A stretch of 63,993 nt of DNA, counting the filler, from Basidiobolus ranarum (Eukaryota), in NCBI GenBank assembly GCA_040143965.1. It is 10 parts of 10 records of this genome, joined end to end, with 100 filler letters (N's around TTAATTAATTAA, not from the genome) between each part and the next. Parts side by side here need not be neighbours in the genome. Positions count along the whole stretch, not along the records: positions 12,948 to 19,312 come from JASJQH010008211.1; positions 19,413 to 25,773 come from JASJQH010008212.1; 8 more parts are not named here. One strand, given 5' to 3'. This document shows, one piece after another, positions 12,948 to 25,873 of the stretch. The notes under the pieces were generated by a model. It searched no databases. It saw only the letters and a list, made by a program, of their open reading frames with translations, and was not told where the DNA came from. Each line of letters starts with the position of its first letter. Positions within the stretch are counted from its first letter, which is position 1. The position numbers and the translations under genes were made by a program.

Positions 12948-13968
12948 CGTGAATTGATTAATCTCGAGATATCGTCACTCCCAATCGGCTCCAATCCGCT
13001 AGCTTCGGACCCTTGCCGCGAGCAAAGCTGCCAGCATTCCCGCCAACCTACCATCGGATGAAACAGCACTGAGTGAAACGGGTCAAATCAAATCCACAGT
13101 ACCAAGAGAAACCGCCGAATGCATTACATTCGTCTCAATAAGAGATTCCATGAATAACCACAGATCCACACAAGCAGATAAGATGGCAGCTCCGTGACTG
13201 GCAATTACTAATGATAGTAAATTCCGCTCTAGACGTAGCTTCCCACTACTCGCATCAAATGGATTTTAACCGCCATTTTCACAGCCCTATCGCAACGGAA
13301 TCGCTTGAGGTGCTTTGCTACTTACTAGTAAAATCCCGTTTCTCCCCAGGCATTCTTTGATCGCCCCATTCTCGGGGTAATTTTAGTTATATAGCTAGCA
13401 CAGCATCATTTCTGATCAGGAATAAAATGCCCGTCCATACATATATACAGCTGCATCTATTTTTAAACAAGCGGATTTACACATGAATATCAACACACAG
13501 GGTGGCTTAGGTCTTTAGAGTAAGAAACCATCAGCAAAGCTTAACGTCCTCTAGATAGATCAAGATAATTTGCCAATCCGAATAAATATTAGATTAAGTA
13601 AAATTAAAAGAACGAAGGTGATGCAACAGACAAATGAGGCAATGAACAGATGTAAGGAAAGGTATATGTAAAAAGCTACGACTAATATACAGGTTTCAAC
13701 ATTGCAAGTGACGGAATTTCTCACAAAACTAGCTATTATCATGAAGAGACCTAGTGAATGTAAGGCTTAATGTAACTTATTGATGGATAAACTCATGTTT
13801 CATCCTTCCCTTGCCTTTGCTCTTGACTATGTCAGCCAGTAGCTTGTAAGACCCTAGTAAAAATCTATCCTTTTTAGCACCTATAAAGGGCTTGATGAAC
13901 GTTGTCAGGCTTCTTAAATCCTAACCACTCAACTCTTTCTTCCGTTCGACAGTAATCAATCAGCCATC

Positions 13969-14517
13969 ATGCCAGCCATCGCCCAAGACTCGAACCAGGA
14001 AAACAATAACTCTGACGTAAAGAATCAAGATCAGGGAAATGAGAACCACGCATCTGATGAATCTACTAATGTAGAGAATGGAAAACCTCAAAATGGAGCC
14101 AATTGCACCAACGGCTCCCATCAAGAGGAAGGTCCTGGATTTGTTAAGCGCGTCATATCCTTCCCCTTAGTTCACGATGGTATCGAATTGGTCTCTTCAT
14201 ACGTCCATGATCCTAATGCTGGATATATTAACAAGGTAGCCACCACCGTTGAGAATGCCGCCAACAGCCTTTATAAACTCTCTGAGCCCTACCAAGCTCG
14301 TCTTCAGGGTCCCATCTCTAAAGTTGATGAATTGGGATGTCGCTCTTTAGATTACATTGAGGCCAAATTTCCAATTGTCAAAGCACCTACAAACGAGGTT
14401 CTAGATAGCCTCAACCAGAACGTTGTTACCCCAGTTCAAAACACCGCTAAAAATATTAAGGAACGCTTCTCCAGCTCTGGATCCGCCAATGGTAATGGGA
14501 CCACCACTACTTCTTGA
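13969..14517 (+). CDS. Perilipin-like lipid-droplet protein (PAT domain only)
   Basis: FVKRVISFPLVHDG and ISKVDELGCRSLDYIEAKFPIVKAP match the perilipin PAT signature; TATAAA upstream near 13882. Confidence 0.75.
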   Translation: MPAIAQDSNQENNNSDVKNQDQGNENHASDESTNVENGKPQNGANCTNGSHQEEGPGFVKRVISFPLVHDGIELVSSYVHDPNAGYINKVATTVENAANSLYKLSEPYQARLQGPISKVDELGCRSLDYIEAKFPIVKAPTNEVLDSLNQNVVTPVQNTAKNIKERFSSSGSANGNGTTTTS

Positions 14518-16449
14518 ACTTTGTGACTTTGGTTTTGTAACATACAATTAGATTGGTATTTTTCTGTCCTTTTTACGCAACGTCAACCTCTTTAGTGGGC
14601 AAATCCCATCTTTCAAACAAGCATCAAATTCCAATCCTCACTTACTACTTGATTAACAAAGAATGTCCTGTATTTCTCGAGATATTCAAAATGCGCACTC
14701 TTTTTGCTACCTCATCTTTATCACATTTACTTTCTGTTACTTCAATAAAGTGTCATAAATACATGAGGTCTTGATATTGTATGTCTCATAAGAATACCAT
14801 GAATCGCACCAATTTTATTAGTTTTAGTATCCCTTGCATTGACGGAGAGAGTTGACAATTGAAGTAAAAAGCGAGTTCATAAGCGCTTTACGCGAAGTAA
14901 GCTTCACCTAGCAACTCTCTTGCCATCAGGTAAATCAGCGATAGATAGCCACTAGTACTTTATGACTGTGACTATGAGCTTTCTCAGAATAGGGGAAGAT
15001 CAAACTAAGTTATAAACACTTTCTGTTATATAAATCACAGTTTTATCACTAAACTTAGATCTCTCTCCATCCACTAAACCATGATTGACTTGATTGCCCC
15101 AATAGGCAAATCTGTAGATACAAGCAGATAAATCTAAGAATGTTCATACTCACGTACCATATAAATCATCAAAATGGAAATAGGCTATCGAACATCCCTA
15201 ATAAATAAATGTGAAGAACATTTAACCAGCTTCCCCAACCCTTGCTTATAAAGCTTGCGGTGTTAGGTATTAGATAAGGTTGATGCCAACAAGTCAAGTT
15301 AGTTTTACATTAGCGAATCCAGTATATATCGGTTCAGGTGATCGGCTGAATACGGAAAGGCCGAAAGGATTTGTTCGGATTGAGTTTTGTTCTAAATAGA
15401 GATTAAAAACTATGGGATTGTGTGGCGCTCAACGATAATTTTGATCCGAATCAACTTATAAACAATGGCCAGATAACTTAAGCTGAAGGCTAAACGCATT
15501 ATATAATCATACGAAACTCGTGTGTTCTTTCTTGGTTGCTAGAAACATAGCCTGAGCTGCTCATGGTGATATTTTTTTCCCTTAGGGGTGAGCTTGGTTC
15601 CACTGCATGAGACTCCACATATCTTTGGTCGGTCAAGAATCTCGACTACTATTGTTCTTGTACTGATAAAAACAGAGATTACGTTCGCTTTGTTTCTATC
15701 TTTGAAACCAAATGTAGAAATATTTACTTACCCGGAACTCAGAAGGGCATTTCCATTATTAGCTCAAGTGTGTTACACATGAAATATTTTCATTCACTTT
15801 TTACTGGTTTAGCATGTAGACAGATACTAAAATATCACTCTGCATAGTGTATCTTCGAAGCCTTTAGTTACACCAAAAGCATGATAAAACCTCTCTGTTA
15901 ATTATGGTAACATTTTAAAGCACTGTAATAGAAACATTCAATCGGTCTAGGGCGTACTCGAACTTGGTGAGTGTCCATTTCAAATACTCGGTGGTGATCG
16001 AAGCAATCCGGGCTTCTATACTAGAATACAAAGGTGGGTTAATTGAAAACTTTGCCAAAAATCAGCCACACAGTATTTCAAAGCAGATATGGGCGTCTAC
16101 TACTCAAAAATGGTGAAGTTAGAAACAAACTTGTTTCATTATACTACGTTGGGTATCATGGATTCTTTGGCTATAGAATATTATCAACACATATTCCGAA
16201 CTGCTGATCTAAATTTATTTCAGTCAGAATGTTTCCATCTAAATCCAGTACACACTCAGTCGAAATGCCCAGTTCAGATCGATTCTAGCTATCCAATTAT
16301 ATTGCCCCATTAGCTAGAAGAAAAGGAAAAAAAAAGAATCTTGGTACAGCGGCAAGAAACCATATAAATACCAATATGTCATCATTCATAACGGAAGAAA
16401 GTCCTCCTCATTCTTACATCTTTCTCTTCGCTTATCATACAACTTTAAA

Positions 16450-17207
<758 letters not shown>

Positions 17208-17616
17208 ACTTCATATACTCTTACTTATGAAAGCTGATCCTATAGAATATTTGCTCTTTTTGTGCCCCTTCTTTGATACTAATAAAGAGGAAGCAGAAAT
17301 GTATATTTAAAATGAACAAGTGGATACGCTTTTCTTCTGTAAATTTGTTACACAACCACTCAAATTACGTAAACTGCGTTGTTGGAATGCAGCAGTATGA
17401 GATTGCAAATATCTTCCTAATGTGTAGTCATAGATTTTAAGTTTTGATCTAGTAAGCATGTGACCTATAAAACTTGTAATTCGATTCTAAATATTATATT
17501 CAGCTTTGCCATGTTAGAATATGTGAGTGAAGTATCGAAGATTTACTCATTTCGGTTATTTAAAAAATGTACTTAAATTCGTGCAAGTGCTCGCTTTTTT
17601 TAAGAGAATAATAACC

Positions 17617-18061
17617 ATGACAGGCTACGTGGAGAGTACAAATATACTCACTGATGATGAGCTATTGGAAGTTAGAGGTAAACCTTTCAAGTCCTTTTTT
17701 CTTAACAGATTGTATGGTTTTTCAGGAAGAGCAAAGCTGATTGACATTTACAACTCCCTTGTACTTTAACCTAGCTCGCGAGCGTACCTTTGATGGTGCC
17801 TATTGGCGCTCAGCCTTGAGTGCTTTCGGGTCCGGGGTCATTATACTTCGAGTTTTTACTAGTGAATTTTACAAAATAGGGTTGGTGTATATCGCAATGG
17901 GTATCGGGATGTTGATATTAGGCACCATGAGACGACGAAGTTTTGGTCGAGATTTGGACTTGAGTGTCCCGTTTAAAACCAGTGGAAATTACACAATAGC
18001 TACCACTTTGGTAGTACTTCCAGCATATATCACTTTATTAGTATTCTTGTTACTATTATGA
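17617..18061 (+). CDS. DUF202 (YidH/VTC1-like) small membrane protein, 2 exons
   Basis: Exon 1 17617-17677, intron 17678-17774; junction gives EVRARERTFDGAYWRSAL, followed by three hydrophobic segments. Confidence 0.7.
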
Positions 18062-18801
18062 TACGACTTCGTGAACGTTAGTTAACATAATAGAAAACCA
18101 ATATTTTAACCAAACCTACAATGATTTTTCAATACTTGAAACGTAGTCACGGTCAGGTAGTTTATCTCATATCAGGAAAAAAATCTCCTTATGAATGAAG
18201 GTTTTAACTTTGTAATTATCCTATGAAGATGTCCTATATACCAAGTAAAATTCATTTATAATGTTCATTTGCATTTGGTTGCCAGTATCACTCGGAATTT
18301 TGGCAAGCCTAGCCAGACCAGAGTTACATGTAATCCAATTAGGATTTAAGGAGGGTCAACCTCAAATGATGATAATATTCCATGTTCTGTTCGTCTTACA
18401 TAAGATAGGATCTGGTTGAGTAAAGAGTTATTCAGATCTCATAAAGTATACTACAAAAATATAGTAAAAGTTCAGGAGCATCATTCTCATCAATTCTGGT
18501 AATTTCCATTAACATGAGAAATAATGGAAATTACTAGATGATTCATTCGAAGTAATTTTTTATTGGTAAGTAACCGACCGACAGAACCGATTGGAAATTC
18601 ATGTAAAGATGAATTTGCTAGAAGTATTTTGTTCGATTTTGTTCTACGATACTAAAGAGTATGAAGGAAGTTAAAGGAAGAAACAACCCAAGGTGAAAAC
18701 CTTTATAAACCAGTGAGTTATGGTGAAAAAAATATTGTATTTCCTAGTATCATTCACTTCACTCTAAACCAAACTTTCAACAAAAAAGAAGCCTTTCTAC
18801 T

Positions 18802-19312
18802 ATGTCTGGTAACACTGAAACCTTCTCCTTTCAGGCTGAAATCAGTCAATTGATGTCCTTAATCATCAATACTTTCTATTCAAACAAGGAGATTTTCCTC
18901 CGTGAATTAATATCCAACGCTTCTGACGCTCTTGACAAGATCCGTTACGAGTCCTTAACTGATCCCTCTAAGCTTGAAGCTTGCAAGGAGTTGTTCATTC
19001 GTATTATCCCAGATAAGGAGAACAAGATACTCACCATTCGGGATTCTGGTATTGGTATGACTAAAGCGGACCTAGTCAATAATCTAGGTACCATTGCTAA
19101 GTCAGGTACCAAGGCTTTTATGGAGGCACTCACCGCTGGTGCAGACGTTTCTATGATCGGTCAATTTGGAGTGGGCTTTTACTCTGCTTATCTCGTTGCC
19201 GATAAAGTACAGGTTGTCACCAAACACAATGACGACGAACAATACAATTGGGAATCTTCAGCTGGTGGCTCCTTCACCATCGCCCATGATACTGTCAACG
19301 AGCCTCTTGGTC
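18802..19312 (+). CDS. HSP90: Cytosolic HSP90, N-terminal ATPase domain (3'-truncated by contig end)
   Basis: [69 protein letters not shown]. Confidence 0.97.
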
Positions 19313-19412
19313 NNNNNNNNNNNNNNNNNNNNNNNNNNNNNNNNNNNNNNNNNNNNTTAATTAATTAANNNNNNNNNNNNNNNNNNNNNNNNNNNNNNNN
19401 NNNNNNNNNNNN
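19313..19412. other. Artificial contig linker
   Basis: N44-TTAATTAATTAA-N44. Confidence 0.99.
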
Positions 19413-19599
19413 TCCCTTGGCTGTGCTTTGCCTCAAAGTTTTGGTAACACTGCCAAAAGTCAAGATACTGTGGAGCTAACACAGTTATATGACTTCAATG
19501 ATGTAGGTAAAAATGTAACCTTGGTCAAACTAGTATATCCAGACCACTTTGAGGACATGCTGCTTGATGCTGACCTTTGATGTTCCAGTACTTATGGTA

Positions 19600-20358
19600 G
19601 TATGACAGAAACTGAAGAAGAAGACAATGGTTTTGTTATGGACTTTTTGCTTTTGGTAAGCATTAGTTCACTCATAACACTTATAGTAAAGGAAGCAGCT
19701 TGGATTATTGAGGAGTTGAGAGTTCCATACAAGCTTACCAACCAGGTGTTTATTGGTTTTTCCTACACTTTTGCCACATTTGATTGACAACTATTACTTG
19801 CCATAGACCTGGTACAAGTGGAAAACAAATGTCAATCATATGACTAATAAACCTCTAGTAATTAAACTATGTTCATGTCCAAATGGTTGTTTGGCTTTCA
19901 ATGGTGATGTGAAAAACCTGAAGTCATGTACTGATTGCACACAATTGGCATGCACTGAATCAGGTAAATATCATTCATATTGGGCTTACATACCATTGAT
20001 TCCCTTTGTTAGAGTTTTGATGTAATCACCCAAATATAGATCATTGCTTCAATACCAAAGTACTCACCATAATACTGAAGGTATTACCAATAAACTTGAT
20101 GGACATCACTAACAGAATCTGAAAACATAAGGTTTCTTTGAGAACTCATATGATCAAGCATTTGCATTGGCTCTAGATGAATTCTTAATAAACATATATA
20201 CCATTGGAATGGCTTGCTAGCCAATAATATTAATTGACTTAAATCTTCCTCCTTCTGAATGGTATAAGTCTCACAATATTTTGATACTATCCATCATACC
20301 TGGACCTACTTCACCAGCACTTATAGATGGCTTCTTTGGGCCTTTGATTGCGGAATCA
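19600..20358 (+). mobile_element. Decayed CACTA/EnSpm (Tnp2-type) transposase fragment
   Basis: Broken frames give CSCPNGCLAF...CTDC, YIPLIP and IILIDLNLPPSEWYKSHNILILSIIPGPTSPALIDGF..PLIAE, matching the CACTA NLPP...IPGP...PL pattern. Confidence 0.7.
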
Positions 20359-20359
20359 T

Positions 20360-20413
20360 AATATGAACAAACTAACTACCAAATAAAGAGTTGCTATTTA
20401 CCTAATTTCAACA
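20360..20413 (-). repeat. Truncated 3' LTR of the Copia element
   Basis: Direct repeat of 24540-24592 (aatatgaa...gttgctatttacct.atttcaaca). Confidence 0.8.
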
Positions 20414-23400
20414 ACCAACTCAACTAATGTTTTGTATATCTCTTAAACCCAACTTATATCTTAAAAAATTCAAATTGTGCTTTAGGTAAAGGTTAGTTAA
20501 AGATGTCAGCAATCAATTCTTCAGTAGGGCAATAGAAAAGTTCAATTATGTCATTCTCTATTGCTTCTCTAACAAAATGATGCCTAATATCTATATGTTT
20601 AGTTCTAGCATGAAACTTGGGTTTTCAGCTAATGAAATACAACTTTGATTATCTTCAGATACAGTAATAGCATACTTTTGCATGTATCCTCAGTCTGTGA
20701 ATAGCTTCCTCAAACACATAGCTTTTTGCATAGTAGCAGAGGCAGCCTTATACTCTGCTTCTGTATTAGGAAGTGCTATGGTTGGTTGCTTCTTACTATT
20801 CCAAGTTATGGCTCCATTACCTTAGAAAGAAGTTTACCCAGTTGTTGATCTTCTACTTTCAAGGTTTCTTCCCCAGTCTGCTTCACAATAGACTTCAAAA
20901 TTTTGAGCATCAGGGGTGGTTGAGTCTTATAGAACTAGATCCACAGTACATCTCCAATACCAGACTATTCATTGTTCTGCAGTTATGTACTCAGACCCTG
21001 TATTTTTGTGATATTGTCTGACAATTCCCACTACAACAGCAATGTATGGATGTGTTCCAACCATTGTATACATTAAACTACCCACCATGGATTGATAGGG
21101 GAACTCCTGGTTTTGATTTGGGTTATTATGAGCCAAACTGGAAGAAATTGTAATTATTTCACATTAGGATGCATTGGTGTTGCTACAGGTTTGCTAGTCT
21201 CCATGTTGAAGTGTTTTAGGGTTCTAGGATGTATCTAGACTGATTCTGCATGATTTGCTGATTGGGTCTACCTCTTAATTAGGATTCCAAGAAAATAACT
21301 TAACTCACACATATCTGTGATCTGAAATTGGTTTGATAAGCTTCTTTTTATCTGATTAAGTGATTGTAAATCATTTGTATCCATGATCAAGTCATCCACA
21401 TATAGTGCCAAGATAAGGATCCTATTTCCAGTTTTTTGGATTTCAATACTGTGTTCTGTTGTGCATATTTGAAATTCAGGTGATTCTCAATATGTATCTA
21501 TCTTGTTGTCCCATGCCCTGGGTGCTTGCTTGGGTCCGTGTAACAATTTTTGTGGTTTACAGACCACATCAGGATGTTTCTGGTCAACAAATCTATCTAG
21601 TTGCTCCATATATATCCTTCTTCTAAATATCCATTTGGACAGGCTGTTTTTATATCAATCAGATGTTAATTAAGGTTAGGAACTGGTGAGAGTGCCAGCA
21701 TTGGTCAAATGGAGTTGAACTTATCAACTGGAATAAACATTTCATTTAATCAATTCCTGCAATCTGGAAATAATTTTTTCTATTAATCTTGATTTGTGCA
21801 TTTCTAAGGTTCCATCAGCTCAATTTGTACCTTTGTAGACCCATTTGCAACCTATTGGCTTTCTCCCTCAAGACAGAGGACTTAAATCCACACTTGATTG
21901 TCCTGCAGTGAAGAAAACTCATCAGACATTGCTTTTTCCCAAAATTTTGATTCTTCACACTCCAGAGCTAGATCCAGAGTCTGTGGCTTGTCACTGAGTG
22001 ATGCATTAGCAAAGATATCGTTATTGGGACTGTTCCACCAGTTCCCTGGCTTATACCTCCTTCTGGATGATCTTCTAGGTCCTCAATCATCCTTGGATGC
22101 AATTGGGGCACAAATTTTCCCAGACACTTCCTGAATAGTGCTGATTGTGTTTTCTGTATCAAGAACTGTCATTTGAGGTGAAGAATTTACTTTTTCATTA
22201 AAAATCATATCTTTGGACTTATTTAACATCTGCATTTTGGTATCAAACAGTCAATAGGCCTTAGATGCATTACAATAACCAGAAACATGCAATTTCTGCT
22301 TTTGGGTTCCAGGTTAGAGCATTTTTGAGCTGGATCTAGGCAATGTGTAGTGCAGCCAAAGATTCTGAGATGATCCACACCTGGTTTTGATCCATATAGA
22401 GCTTCAAATGGAGCAGTATAACATAGGAATCTTGTTAGGTATCTGTTTTTGATATAGACTGCAGTGGAGACAGATTCAACCCAATATTGGTAATCTAACT
22501 TTTGGTCTTGTAACATTGATCTTGCCATCACCACTATGGTCCTATTAGCACATTCTGCAACTCCATTTTGCTGTGGAGTGTAAGGTACAGTAGTTTGTTG
22601 CTGAATTTCATGTTTAGAACAAAAACTAGCAAAGTCTTTAGAGCAGTATTTTCCACCATTATCACTCCATAGTACCCTCATTTTTTGTGCTGATACTTTC
22701 TCTACCTCTGTTTTGTAGTGCTTGAATGCAGCTAGGCCTTCAGATTTTCATTTGAGAGAGAATATCCAAGTGTATCTTGTTTTGTCATCTACAAAGGTCA
22801 TAAAGTACCTTATCCCACCTAGTGAGATGTTTTTTGTGGGTCCATCTAGATTGGAATTAATCAGGGCAAAACTCTGAATAGAGTTATTCTCTCCAGAGCT
22901 TGAAAACGGTTGTCTGTGATGTTTTCATTATATACACCCTTCACACTGATCCAATTTAGTTATATTTTCAATTTCTGAGCCTGAAACAAGCTGTTTTCCG
23001 ATCATTTGGGTCAGTTTTTGTTCCCCAACATGGTCTATCTTCTATGCCACATTCTAGCTTATTTCACCAGTTTTGGCTAAGTTTGCATGCTCAGAATGTA
23101 ATTTGTTAACTTCCAGCTTGTACAAGCTTTGAGTTTTGATTGCACTAGCTAATTTGGTACTGTTCTGATTTGTGGTATTGCATCCAGCCTTGCTGGCCAC
23201 AAGATCTAGTCCTTCAGTTGTTGCCTGGAATACTGAGAGTAGATTCTTAGCTACATTTGGTATATAGAGTACTGCATCCTATTTTACAAATGTTATAGCT
23301 CAATTTTGGTCTAAATTCAGCACAACTGTGCCCTCACCAACTGCATCTAGTGCATAGTCATCTCCTAAGTCAACTTTACTTGTTTGGATTGGTTTGAAGC

Positions 23401-24244
23401 TGGAAAACCATTTTTTCTTATTTGTCTTTTGCTGGGAAGCTCCTGAATCAATGTACCATGAGTCTTTTTTAGTGGTTAATGAGAGGGCAGACACAACTGG
23501 ACAATCCCTGTCAGTGCTCACCTGAGTTGCTTGTTTCAATTTGAGCTTTTTGGCACAAATGCTTTTTCCGCAATCTTTGATTATGTTTCTTGCAAAACTG
23601 ACATATGATTGATTTTCTATTGTGGGCACCATTATTGAAGCCTGTTGCCATTTTACAGATCTAAAAATTCCTGTTCTGCATTATTTTGCTGAGAATTTGA
23701 TCTCCTTGATTCCTCATTCAAAAGCCTAGCACCAATATATTCCGTTTTTAATGGCTTTGTTCTTGATTCTGGGTAATTAAGAGGTTCCCAAGCTCATCTG
23801 TCAGGCTGCCAAGTAGTGTCATGACTAAGTCATCATCATTAAGAGGTGCTCCAATGGATGAGAGCTTATCTGCCATGTTTTTTATCTGATTTATTTAAAT
23901 AAGCATAGAATCATCAGAATTCATCAGAATTGAGAATAATTTTCACCTAACATATAGCCTATTAGCCAGAACTTTAGTCTGATATAGTCCCTCATGTGTT
24001 TCCCAAGCATTTTGGATGTTTTTGGCTGATTGTATGAACCTAAACTGAGATTGTCTGAGATGTAGAAAAGGTATAATGAGTGCTTTCCTCTGCTTCTTGT
24101 GAAATGCAAGGAGAGCTTCTGGTGGTCCCTTTGATTCTATTTCTTTTCCTGTAACAAATCTCCAAAGGTCCTTGTCTTCAGGCACCATTTGCAAAAACAT
24201 TGATAATAGTACTATTAGACATTCCTTTAACAAGGCTCATGACC

Positions 24245-24592
24245 TGATTAAAGTGCTTAGAGATTTGGGAGTGTTTTATACAAGATTGGGATTTGTGAAT
24301 TATACACTTAAGTTTTATTGGTTTGAATATATCCTACTTATAGTTTACTATAAAGAAGGACTATTTGATGTGCTTAGATCACAACAAACATGCTTGTTGA
24401 GTGTGGGTGAATATTTGAGATGATTTGGAGAGGTTTTGAGAAAATAATGAAAATTGATAAAATGATATAATAAAGATTTCTTTCAATTAGAGCAATAAAC
24501 GTGATTTTGAATGGCAGACTTGAGTGCTAAATAATCAGAATATGAATAAAGTAACTACTAAATAATAAGTTGCTATTTACCTGATTTCAACA
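24245..24592 (-). repeat. 5' LTR of the Copia element with adjacent primer-binding site
   Basis: Minus strand begins TGTTGAAATC and ends ...TAATCA, followed by GGTCATGAGCC, resembling the copia-type PBS GGTTATGRGCCC. Confidence 0.8.
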
Positions 24593-25773
24593 TTTTTCAA
24601 GCCATATATAAATTAAAACTAAGTGTGGATCATCTCAGGATCTTTGGTGGCTTAGTATATTGCCTAATTCCAGCTCAAAAACACTCTAGAGTGGAACCCA
24701 ATATCTGAAAATGAATTTTTCATGGTTACTGTGATGGGTCTAAGGCCAACAGACTGTTTGATACCAAAATGCAGATGCTAATTACGTCCAAAGATATGAT
24801 TTTTGATGAGAAAGTGAACTTTTCACCTCAAATCACAGTTGTGGATCCAGAAAACACAATCAGCACTATTCAGGAAGGGTCTGACAAAATTCTTTCCCCA
24901 ATTGCATCAGAGTATGATTGAGGACCTAGAAGATCATCCAGAAGGAGGTAAAAGCCAGGGAACTGTTGGAACAGCTCTAATGATGATGTCTTTGCTTATG
25001 CATCATTCTATGACAAGCCACAAACTCTAGATCAAGCTCTTGAGTGTGAAGAATCAAAATAATGGGAAAATGCAATGTCTGAAGAGTTTTCTTCAGTTCA
25101 GGACAACCAAGCGTGGGCTTTAAGTCCTCTGTCTTGTGGGAGAAAGCCAATAGGCTGCAAATAGGTCTATAAAGAAATAAATTGAGTTGTTGGAACCATC
25201 GCAAGGCACAAAGCAAGATTAATAGAAAAAATTATTTCCAGATTGCAGGAGTTGATTAAATGAAATGTTTATTCCAGTTGATAAGTTTAACTCCATTTGA
25301 CCAATGCTGGCACTCTCACCAGTGCCTAACCTAATTAACATCAGATTGATATAAAAACAGCCTTTCCAAAAGGATATTTAGAAGAAGGATCTATATGGAG
25401 CAACTAGATGGATTTGTTGACCAGAAACATCCTGACATGGTCTGTAAACCACAAAAATTGTGGCATGGACCCAAGCAAGCACCCAGGGCATGGTACAACA
25501 AGATAGATACCTATTGAGAATATCTAGAATTCCAAATATGCACAGCAGACCACAGTATTTACATCAAGACAACCAGAAATAGGATCCTGATCTTGGCACT
25601 ATATGTCAATGACTTGACCATAGCCTCAACTGATGTAGAAGCACTTGATTAGACAAAAAAAAGCTTATTGAACCAATTTCACATGACTAATATTTGAGAG
25701 TTAAGTTATTTTCTTGGAATCCAAATCAAGTGAGATGAACCCAATCAGAAAATCATGCTCAATCAGTCTAGAT
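24593..25773 (+). mobile_element. Second Copia copy of the same family (integrase C-terminus to RT), opposite orientation, truncated by contig end
   Basis: Aligns by eye to the reverse complement of ~21235-22410; ORF track 24839..25030(+) mirrors 21968..22162(-). Confidence 0.9.
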
Positions 25774-25873
25774 NNNNNNNNNNNNNNNNNNNNNNNNNNN
25801 NNNNNNNNNNNNNNNNNTTAATTAATTAANNNNNNNNNNNNNNNNNNNNNNNNNNNNNNNNNNNNNNNNNNNN
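25774..25873. other. Artificial contig linker
   Basis: N44-TTAATTAATTAA-N44. Confidence 0.99.

Larger units (their letters stand above)
20360..24592 (-). mobile_element. Inactivated Ty1/Copia LTR retrotransposon
   Basis: Minus-strand order gag, protease (WYIDSGASQ), integrase (SDNGGKY, PQQNGVAECANRT), RT (ALYVDDLI), RNase H (RTKHIDIRHHFVRE); 5' LTR 24245-24592; remnant 3' LTR 20360-20413; many stops and frameshifts. Confidence 0.95.

Noticed and set aside
18520..18700. Possible heat-shock elements upstream of HSP90
   Set aside because: No clean array of alternating nGAAn units could be read
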